A stretch of DNA of 31,642 nucleotides, taken from IMG/VR virus record IMGVR_UViG_3300037309_000017, positions 1 to 31,642 of that record; one strand, given 5' to 3'. This DNA comes from a virus (taxonomy: Duplodnaviria > Caudoviricetes). The notes below the pieces were generated by a model, which saw only the letters and a program-made list of their open reading frames with translations, searched no databases and had not been told where the DNA came from. This document shows positions 24,270 to 31,642 of this stretch, piece by piece. Each line of letters begins with the position of its first letter. The stretch's first letter is position 1. A program made the position numbers and the translations under genes.

Positions 24270-24547
24270 GGCGTGCTCCTTGCGGGCAGGCCGTGTCACG
24301 GTCACATGTTCGCGCAGTCACGCACTGGCGGCCACGAGTGGCACGGCGTGCGTTGCTGCAAAAGTTTCGGGTACACCAAGCGTCCGACGCGGCGAAGCGG
24401 CGTCGTCCTCGCGTTATGGCGTGTGCGTCAACCCGTCACGGGCGAAGGTGCGGCATCACGCCGCAACACCCGACACACACCGCACTCACTCACGCGCTTG
24501 GCGGGCTACTGCCCGTCCACAGATCATTCCCAACCACGGACCACGCG

Positions 24548-25192
24548 TCAAGCCACCTCCGGCCCGATTTTTCCGACCGGCCCCCCGCCTGTAAACACAT
24601 CGTCAGAAGCATCACCCACCGCCCCGGTCTCGCTCGTCGGCGTCGCTCCAGTGGGCAGCATCCGCATCGCCGCCCGCGCCGCCGGGGTGCATCCAAAGTG
24701 ATGCTCCAGTTTGAGCAACCGCGCGGCGAGCGTGTCAATCTCGCTCTGCTGCGGCAACTTCGCGACGCCCGACACCCGCCCCTGCGCGGTCAAGATCGGG
24801 TAGACGAGGCCCCGCATCGCCTCGCGCGCTGCCACGTTCGCCATCGACTCCGGCTCTGCCCCATCCTCAGCCGCCCGGCGGGACTCTTCCTGCAACTTCG
24901 CCATCCGTTCCTCGTACTGCCTCTGCCAACGCAGGAGCGAGACGTATCGCGCAAGATCCTCGCAGTACCGGGCGAACGGGATCACGTCTGCGGTCGTCAG
25001 GATCGGCGGAGTGCTCCGCGCCAGAACCGGCGTGATGGTGTCCCAATGCGCACGAGCGGCTTTGCTCAGCCACGCCGGGGCCACCACATCGCCCGGGCGG
25101 GGCACGGGCTCATTGTCCCCGATGGGCTTGCGCGCCGGATCGGCGAGCCCACTCAGGGCGGTCGGTCGTGGTTTGCGCCCCGGTCGTCCCAT
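24548..25192 (-). CDS. Terminase small subunit (P27 family)
   Basis: MGRPGRKPRPTAL...APAWLSKAARAHW...D...FARYC...FGCTPAAR. Confidence 0.9.
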   Translation of the reverse strand: MGRPGRKPRPTALSGLADPARKPIGDNEPVPRPGDVVAPAWLSKAARAHWDTITPVLARSTPPILTTADVIPFARYCEDLARYVSLLRWQRQYEERMAKLQEESRRAAEDGAEPESMANVAAREAMRGLVYPILTAQGRVSGVAKLPQQSEIDTLAARLLKLEHHFGCTPAARAAMRMLPTGATPTSETGAVGDASDDVFTGGGPVGKIGPEVA

Positions 25193-25195
25193 GCG

Positions 25196-25798
25196 TCACC
25201 TCAGCGACAGCAGCCGGATGCGAGCCCGGTTCCGCATCGTCACGCCATCACGCTCGAAGGTGTCGGCCTCTCGCAACGCCGACAACACCCGCTCCGCATC
25301 CTCTTGGCGGATGCAAGATCGCACGTCCACTGTGGTCGCGTCATAGAACGGGAACACCACCGGCGACACGTCGAACAGGTCGGCGGTGATGATGCTCCGC
25401 AACGGGTTCTCGCGGTCGCTGCGGTCAATCTCCTCGTCCATCACCCGAAACCCGAAGGACGAGCCCCGGATGTTGCCAGCCCGGATGTTCTCGACCAGAT
25501 CGCGCCCAATAGACGTATCCGCCGGGGTGAACTCGTACCGCAGGCCCTTCTCGTCCTCTTGGAGCTTGAGCGTGCCGCCCGAGCGACGCGCAACCACAAG
25601 GCTCGGGTCGTGCTCGACGCACGCGATAACGTCATCGTTGCGGGCGAGGCTCTCGGCGAACGCGCCCGGGCGGATGCGCTCTCGCCAACCCCAGCCCGAA
25701 TCGGCGACGTAATCCCACACAGCGGCGTAGCCAGACACGACCCGGCTGTCGGTGTCAATCGCCACGCGATGCTCGTATGCCCTGCGTTCGATCTTCAT
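25196..25798 (-). CDS. HK97-family prohead protease
   Basis: GYAAVW...ERIRPGAF...EHD...LQEDEKGLRY...GSSFGF...DVSPVVFPFY. Confidence 0.95.
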   Translation of the reverse strand: MKIERRAYEHRVAIDTDSRVVSGYAAVWDYVADSGWGWRERIRPGAFAESLARNDDVIACVEHDPSLVVARRSGGTLKLQEDEKGLRYEFTPADTSIGRDLVENIRAGNIRGSSFGFRVMDEEIDRSDRENPLRSIITADLFDVSPVVFPFYDATTVDVRSCIRQEDAERVLSALREADTFERDGVTMRNRARIRLLSLR

Positions 25799-25828
25799 GG
25801 CTTTGTCTCAACGGTTGAGTCCGACACA

Positions 25829-26167
25829 TCAGCGATCAATATTGAACGGCGCGTAGACTGTGCCCGGGTTGGGCGGGACAGAGCACTGAGAGAACCCGTC
25901 GAATCGGCATCCGGGAATGATCATCGCCGGATGCCCGTCGGGCCTGAGCGCCACGATCGCAAATCGGTCCGTCGTGTGCAGGTCCTGGATGCCCGAGGCC
26001 TTGTTGGTGACGACGTGCCAGCGGGCGGACCAGAACTTGCGGTACTCGTGCCCGTCGGGCCCGCTCGTCCAGGCGCTCGTGGTGACGACCCCCGGGGGCA
26101 ACGGGTGTGGTACGGACTTGGTTTGAGAGGCTTCGGTGATTTTGGCGGATGTGGGTTTGGACTTCAT
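25829..26167 (-). CDS. Hypothetical protein between portal and protease
   Basis: 112-aa ORF in operon direction with an AAGGAA RBS-like site. No recognised motif. Confidence 0.5.
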   Translation of the reverse strand: MKSKPTSAKITEASQTKSVPHPLPPGVVTTSAWTSGPDGHEYRKFWSARWHVVTNKASGIQDLHTTDRFAIVALRPDGHPAMIIPGCRFDGFSQCSVPPNPGTVYAPFNIDR

Positions 26168-26243
26168 AGTGGCTTTCCTTGACGCACGCACTCGCGGTCG
26201 GGTTTGGTGACAACGTAATCATCGTATGCCCGGCGAGCCGTCT

Positions 26244-27905
26244 TCATTGCTCTGTCTCCAGCATGCTGATCCACTCACCCACGATCGCACGTGCAGAATT
26301 GCGCGCCCACGCCGTCACGCTTGCGGGCACCGCATCGGTCGGCGGGTTTGCCCGGATCGCCGACACCACCACCCCGGCGAGCGGACCGATCGGGCATCCC
26401 GTCACGATCGCCGCCGCCTCTGACACCGGCAGTACAACGGCGCGGCATCGGTCCTCGACCTCCACCATCGCCGCCGCCCTGCGTTCCGGCGGCTTGCTCA
26501 ACACCCTGTCCGCCACCATGCGACCGGCGGTCTCCATCGCGCGGGCCAAGATCGGCTCCAGCGCCCGCGTCGCGTCCGAACGCACGATGTTGTTCGGAAG
26601 CCCGCCACTTTCGTTCGGGTCGCCCGTGTTGTTCGCTTGCACGTTGGCAGCCGCGCCATCCATGCCGGGGCTCGCGGTGTCCGTGGACCTCAGCGCGTTC
26701 TCCAAAGTCATCATGTTCGCTGGGACGAAAGGCACGTCGCCGCCCGTCACCGGGGGCATGCCGTCCTGCGCCCGGACTTCGTTGATCGTCATTGTCCCCC
26801 ACTGACGACGCATCGCCTGGGTTTGGGCACGCAACAGCGGATCACCGCGCATCAATTCGTCCTCGTCGTGGACCAGTTCGAGCCCGGTCGGGAGGAACTT
26901 CCGCGAGAACTCTACTTCGATCTTCCGCATGATCGGCGACAGAGCGTCCTTCACGTAGGCGATTTCGCGCTGGTCGATGCTCGCCTTGCTCCCGTCCTCG
27001 TCGCCCACCTTGTGCGGGGGCACGCCGAACCACCGGCAGATATCCCGCACGGTGTGCTGCATCGTTTCCAGGAACTGGGCGTCCTGCAATGGCATACCCA
27101 CGGGGATATACCCAACGTCGGAGTTAAGGTACTTGAACGGCCCGCGTTGCGCCTGCCACGACTGCACGAGGGCTTCACGCTGCTTGTCGTTCTGCGCGCC
27201 CGCGCCTTTGTAGTGCAGGATGCCGCTCATGCGGGCTCCGTCCGAAAAGAACTCGGAGCCGAAACGCTGACCAGCCGCCGCCACTGCGAGGCTCTCGCGC
27301 GCCAGTCGCACCGTCGAGTACCCGATGATGCCGTCGTGCCCCATGTTCCTCACGTCGGCGACGAACGCCGACGACAGACGCCGCACCTGCGTGCCAGACT
27401 GGTACTCGTACACGATTCGATCGCGGTCGTCCAGCAGCACGGCGGTACGCTCGGGCAGCATCAGGCTGAGCCGAGCGACAGCACCATCCGGCCCAAACGA
27501 CCCGACGCACCGCCCGTTGCCCCACAACAAAGAGTGCTGGATCATCGCCGCGCGGAAGTCGAAGGCCGAGATTTGCCCGTCCGGCGACTCATTGAGCAAC
27601 CGTTCCAGCGGGTGCCGCTCCGCGATAGGCTCGTACATGTTCGGCCCGGTGCGACGCACGACCTGCACCGGGGTTTTCGCGATGTCCTCCGAGATGCGTT
27701 TGACGCAGGCGTAAACGGTCGGGATCGTCAGCGGCGATCGCTCCACCGAAGTCTGAATGGCCTTTGCCTTGTCCTCTCCCCACATGCCGGTCAGCACGTC
27801 GGAGATGAACATGGGAATGAAGTTGGGCGAGGCCGGCACGGCTGCGGCGCGTTGCTCGACCGGAGCGAGCCCGAACCATCGCCCGATTGTGGTCGCCAGT
27901 CCCAT
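26244..27905 (-). CDS. Portal protein, HK97 family (553 aa)
   Basis: VYACVKRISEDIA, HPLERLL..SP, LLWGNG, GYSTV, DAQFLET, ICRWFGVPPHKVG, MTINEVR. Confidence 0.95.
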   Translation of the reverse strand: MGLATTIGRWFGLAPVEQRAAAVPASPNFIPMFISDVLTGMWGEDKAKAIQTSVERSPLTIPTVYACVKRISEDIAKTPVQVVRRTGPNMYEPIAERHPLERLLNESPDGQISAFDFRAAMIQHSLLWGNGRCVGSFGPDGAVARLSLMLPERTAVLLDDRDRIVYEYQSGTQVRRLSSAFVADVRNMGHDGIIGYSTVRLARESLAVAAAGQRFGSEFFSDGARMSGILHYKGAGAQNDKQREALVQSWQAQRGPFKYLNSDVGYIPVGMPLQDAQFLETMQHTVRDICRWFGVPPHKVGDEDGSKASIDQREIAYVKDALSPIMRKIEVEFSRKFLPTGLELVHDEDELMRGDPLLRAQTQAMRRQWGTMTINEVRAQDGMPPVTGGDVPFVPANMMTLENALRSTDTASPGMDGAAANVQANNTGDPNESGGLPNNIVRSDATRALEPILARAMETAGRMVADRVLSKPPERRAAAMVEVEDRCRAVVLPVSEAAAIVTGCPIGPLAGVVVSAIRANPPTDAVPASVTAWARNSARAIVGEWISMLETEQ

Positions 27906-27916
27906 GTTCTGCTCCG

Positions 27917-29722
27917 TCAGAAGTTGAGCGACACGAACTCGATCACCCTCGATCCGCCGCGCTCCCGATGCTCTGCGCTCACCATCCTGTTGATCGCCAT
28001 GAGCAATGCGGGCATTCCGTCGATCCGGCCCCGGCTGCGTTTCTTGTCCGGGATCATGCCGCCTCTTGGGCCCACTTTGACCACCATGTTGCTCGCCGTC
28101 CACGTCAGCACTTCGTTTCCACCGTGCCGGAACGCCCTGGCAAGCAGCGAACGTTGCAGCCACTGCATCGCCAGCGTGTAGGAGTCGTAGGTCTGCTCGA
28201 CGATAACCATGCTCACGCCGTCCTCATCTTGGAGTTGCTGCGCGAGCGTGGAGGCTAGATGCTTGTCGTAGCCGACTTCGCGCAGATCGAACGCGCCCGC
28301 AACCCGGTTGATGTCTTCCCGCACATGAGCATAGTCGGTCACGTCGCCAGGCGTGCCCACCAACCAACCTTCGCGCTGCCATCTGCCATACTCCGCCGCG
28401 TCGATGCGTTCCTTCTCGGCAATCGCCGCCGCCGGGCAGTAGAACCTTGCGAGCACGTCGAATCCAACGCCGCCGCACCCGTCCCACACTTCCGCGGGCA
28501 TGGTCTCTCGGTCTTCCTCGACCCACGGCACCACGACGACCAAGGCTGTGAGGTCGCGCGTGTGGGCAAGATCAAGCCCTGCGTACGCGCGGCGCCCGCG
28601 ATACCGCTCCAGGTCGCGAGACACCCTGCCCGCACACGCCTTCCATTGCGCCATCGGGATCGCACCCGTCACCTCATGCACCCAGATATTGAGGTGCTTC
28701 GTGAGAAAGCCCGCCTGCGTCGCAGGGAAGTTGATCGCCCTGTTGCACGCCTGCCGCAACCGGCTGGGGTAGATAGACACGCCCAGATTCGGATTGGCCT
28801 TTCGCCACACCGCCTCGCTGCGCCAATCGTCGGAGTTGTCCGCGCCGTAGATCACAGGCAGCAGCTCGTCTTCCTGCACGATGCCGTCGCGCACTTTTTT
28901 CGCGTGCTCCCACATGCGGTAGCACGGGGAGTCCACGTTGTTGCCCGCCGTCGTCGGCATGAAGATCATGGGCTGTGCGCGAGCGCCCGTGCCCGTCTCG
29001 ATCGACTCGAACAGGTCTGCTGTCCGGTGCTGGTGGTACTCATCCACGATCCCGCCGTGGATGCTCTCGCCATCTCGCACCTTGCTCGATACGACCTTGA
29101 GCAACCCGCCATTGTGCCGACAATCGACCACGCTCGTGCGGACCTCTAGCCGCTTGCGCAGGTCCGGCGATGCGTCCACCATCGCCCGCGCCTCGTCGAA
29201 CACCACGCGGGCCTGTTCTTCGTCCGTCGCGGCACAGACGACGATTGGGCCTCGCTCCCCATCCGCCGCCGTCAGCAGCAGAGACACCGCCGAACACAAC
29301 AGGCTCTTGCCGTTCTTGCGCGGGACGAACAAGAACACCAGCCGGTATCGTCGCGTCCCGTCCGGGCGATACCAACCGAACGCGCGACGCAACAGCCGCC
29401 GCTGCCACGATTCGAGGATCACACGCTGGCCGCGCCACTTGCCTTTACTATGTCGGCAGTACCGCTCCACGAACGTGCAGACGCGATCGGCCTCGGGATA
29501 CCGAAACCAGTACCCAGACTCCAACAGCGCGTTGTCTCGCGCGAGCAGTGCGGGCGACACGCCCATGAGCCCGTCGTCGATGCGAGGCGCTCGCTCAGGG
29601 TGCGCCGCGTACTCACCCGTCGCCCACGGCACCGGCGATGATGCTGCCGCAGCAGCGTCGGACACTGGCCGATCTTCGCTCTCCGGCGTCGCGGGGCTGT
29701 CGTCGCTTCCGTGCTCGACCAT
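27917..29722 (-). CDS. Terminase large subunit
   Basis: LESWQ adenine-binding motif, Walker A VPRKNGKS, Walker B GGIVDEYH, WRKANPNLG, nuclease GLDLAH...D, RIDG. Confidence 0.97.
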   Translation of the reverse strand: MVEHGSDDSPATPESEDRPVSDAAAAASSPVPWATGEYAAHPERAPRIDDGLMGVSPALLARDNALLESGYWFRYPEADRVCTFVERYCRHSKGKWRGQRVILESWQRRLLRRAFGWYRPDGTRRYRLVFLFVPRKNGKSLLCSAVSLLLTAADGERGPIVVCAATDEEQARVVFDEARAMVDASPDLRKRLEVRTSVVDCRHNGGLLKVVSSKVRDGESIHGGIVDEYHQHRTADLFESIETGTGARAQPMIFMPTTAGNNVDSPCYRMWEHAKKVRDGIVQEDELLPVIYGADNSDDWRSEAVWRKANPNLGVSIYPSRLRQACNRAINFPATQAGFLTKHLNIWVHEVTGAIPMAQWKACAGRVSRDLERYRGRRAYAGLDLAHTRDLTALVVVVPWVEEDRETMPAEVWDGCGGVGFDVLARFYCPAAAIAEKERIDAAEYGRWQREGWLVGTPGDVTDYAHVREDINRVAGAFDLREVGYDKHLASTLAQQLQDEDGVSMVIVEQTYDSYTLAMQWLQRSLLARAFRHGGNEVLTWTASNMVVKVGPRGGMIPDKKRSRGRIDGMPALLMAINRMVSAEHRERGGSRVIEFVSLNF

Positions 29723-29725
29723 GCT

Positions 29726-30091
29726 CTACTCGATTGGCAGCCCAGCCGCAATCCTCGCGGCGATGATGAGAGCCGCCGTCGTCGTCTTCACGCCCCCGCC
29801 GAGCCGCACCGACTGTACGCGATGCTCTGTTTGGGGCACGCCCGGCGCCGGATTCGACGTGAGCCGCTGCGTGAGTCGCGTCGATGTACGGGTCCACGAT
29901 CCCGACGTGATCGGTGCGCTGCCCGCCGAGATGCTGAGTTGCGTCAGATCCACGATCGGCACCAGCGGGCCGTCGCCGAACGCTCTCAGACCCACCCAAT
30001 CGACCACGTAGGGCACGCCCGCAATCGTCAACACCTCGCCGCAATGCACTTGCGTCGCTCCGTCGCCAGCCAGAAGCCCGCCCAGTTGCAT
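29726..30091 (-). CDS. Hypothetical protein (121 aa) in the usual terS position
   Basis: The stop lies 3 nt before the terL ATG. Beta-rich, with no terS motifs. Confidence 0.6.
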   Translation of the reverse strand: MQLGGLLAGDGATQVHCGEVLTIAGVPYVVDWVGLRAFGDGPLVPIVDLTQLSISAGSAPITSGSWTRTSTRLTQRLTSNPAPGVPQTEHRVQSVRLGGGVKTTTAALIIAARIAAGLPIE

Positions 30092-30172
30092 GATTCAGAC
30101 CCCCCCGGGGTTATGGGGTGTTAGAAAACCGTGCGCACGCCCACGGCACGGTGTTTGCAGGTTCGGCGATCG

Positions 30173-30670
30173 TTACCCCCTATCCCGGGGCGTCTTGCTT
30201 GCAACGCCGATCGCGTCATGCGGAAGGCTGGGGCGTCGGGGCGGCAGCCATCCACCCTCGATCACACGCGGCGGCGGTGGCGGACATGCGAGTTCGCACG
30301 GATCGGAGTCTGCCGGCATATCGCACGGCTGCTCACCGCGGGTACATCCGCACCAGATGTCGAGGCGAGGTGGGATGGCCGGGGCATCCGGGCGAATGGG
30401 TGTGGTTGGTTGTCGCGGAGCGAGTGGTGCGGGAGCTCGCAACGGGGTTGGCCAGTCGATGCGGATCGAGACGAAGCCAAGGCGGACGGCAAGCGCCGTG
30501 AGCAATTCGTCCGTCGTGATCTTGGACGGGTCGGCGTTGCCCTCGAATGCGAGTCCATCCTTGCGGATGATGAGCGTTCCCGAGATGCTGGGGCATGTCT
30601 CATCCTGTCGCGGCTTGCACGCACACTCCAACAACTCGACCGCGTTTTCTGGCTGATAGACCGTCTTCAT
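30173..30670 (-). CDS. Hypothetical Pro/Cys-rich protein
   Basis: GAGGGAG RBS before MKTVYQPEN at 30670. Confidence 0.5.
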   Translation of the reverse strand: MKTVYQPENAVELLECACKPRQDETCPSISGTLIIRKDGLAFEGNADPSKITTDELLTALAVRLGFVSIRIDWPTPLRAPAPLAPRQPTTPIRPDAPAIPPRLDIWCGCTRGEQPCDMPADSDPCELACPPPPPRVIEGGWLPPRRPSLPHDAIGVASKTPRDRG

Positions 30671-30740
30671 TGGGGCTCCCTCGGTTGTTGCGGACACCGC
30701 TGCTCGCCCGCTGTCGTTGTCGGGCGGATGTGTGCCATCA

Positions 30741-31016
30741 TCAGGCTCTCCCGCTGAGTTTCCGCCGAATCCTGCCATCGACGCGCTCGTAGGCGTATCG
30801 GCTCCCGCCGATGACCACATCGACACCCCGACGCAGTAACTCGCGGTCGATGCATTCGCGGCACCAGCCGCCGCCACGGGCCCAGTGCCCGCACTTGGTC
30901 GCCAAGCCGCACGCGAACGTGTGGCACCCGGGGGCACACTGGTAGTCGAGCTTGCTGATGAGGACGGCCTTGGGCTCCGATGAGAGGTCGGGGAAGTCTG
31001 GTGGTGGCGTGGTCAT
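30741..31016 (-). CDS. Small Cys-rich hypothetical protein (91 aa)
   Basis: GAGGAG RBS and ATGA overlap with the upstream ORF. Contains C...KCGHWARGGGWCREC. Confidence 0.6.
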   Translation of the reverse strand: MTTPPPDFPDLSSEPKAVLISKLDYQCAPGCHTFACGLATKCGHWARGGGWCRECIDRELLRRGVDVVIGGSRYAYERVDGRIRRKLSGRA

Positions 31017-31318
31017 TGGGCGTGCTCCTCGATCACGGAAGACGGTATGCGGACACCCATCGCCCGCTCAACAAACGCTTTGTTGCAGGGTGGACAGCAC
31101 GTCATGTCTCCAAGTATTTGTTCGCGCCAAGGACGGATCCTCACGCCGCACACATCACACGGGGTTGATGTCCAGAGAAGTCGCGGCTTGCGCATGATCC
31201 AGCGACACTTGTACGCGGAGACGCTGTGAGTGGGTTGGTTGTGCATGGTGTGGGTTGGTGCGGTCGGACTAGTCCGGTTGTGCCCGCGCCGTCGCCCGCT
31301 GCTTTCGTGATTACTCAC
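31013..31318 (-). CDS. Small zinc-finger-like hypothetical protein
   Basis: CDVCG...CCPPC. Start is uncertain (GTG 31318 or ATG 31246). Confidence 0.5.
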   Translation of the reverse strand: MSNHESSGRRRGHNRTSPTAPTHTMHNQPTHSVSAYKCRWIMRKPRLLWTSTPCDVCGVRIRPWREQILGDMTCCPPCNKAFVERAMGVRIPSSVIEEHAQ

Positions 31319-31642
31319 ACTCCTGTGTGACGCTCCCCAAAGACCCGTGCTCGGCGATCATGGAGGGCGGTCTAGTGGGGATGGGTCATGGCGACGATCA
31401 CCAGAGCTCCGTGAACGCACCGGCAAGATAGAACTGGGCGAGCACGATGGCTTGCCCAATGATCCACTCCCAATCGGCTCGTTTGCACGCGGCCCACCAT
31501 GACGCGGGCGTGGCGTGCTTGCGAGCGTCCTCGATCGAGACCCTCGTTGCACGCGGTCGTTGCGTACTTGTCGGTCCAGTGGGGGGTCATTGGGGGCCCT
31601 TTCCGCACCAAGTATCGTGGCCCGGGAGATAGTCGGGGGTCC

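Noticed and set aside
31358-31642. Short ORFs at the right edge
   Set aside because: No motif or clear RBS, and I could not decide which frame, if any, is coding.

Overview
This GC-rich window is part of a tailed phage or prophage with HK97-type heads and a non-contractile tail. The host is probably Planctomycetota/Phycisphaerae, inferred from a dockerin-like motif in one gene. From about 5.7 to 30.1 kb, the minus strand carries a complete but rearranged morphogenesis module: terL, portal, protease, terS, capsid, adaptors, tail terminator, major tail protein, gp10-like, frameshifted tail chaperones, a short tape measure, Cys-rich tail-tip genes, two paralogous beta-helix proteins and candidate lysis genes. 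A small plus-strand unit at about 4.2-5.65 kb holds a promoter, an acidic protein, an HTH regulator and an HNH nuclease. The most striking locus is in the minus-strand early region. A stand-alone RAMP/Cas7-like gene (1799-2575) is followed by a hairpin-bracketed non-coding array (1535-1759) of 41 GGY-NN pentamers, split into 5 units by GGCA delimiters, and then a conserved-looking accessory gene. This is a candidate non-CRISPR RNA-guided system resembling the recently reported VIPR type (recalled from memory, not verified). The locus and a RecE-like nuclease lie between two paralogous leucine-rich-repeat genes built from shuffled 60-bp units. No integrase, reverse transcriptase, cas1/cas2, tRNA or rRNA was recognised. 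All calls come from reading the sequence by eye, with no database searches.
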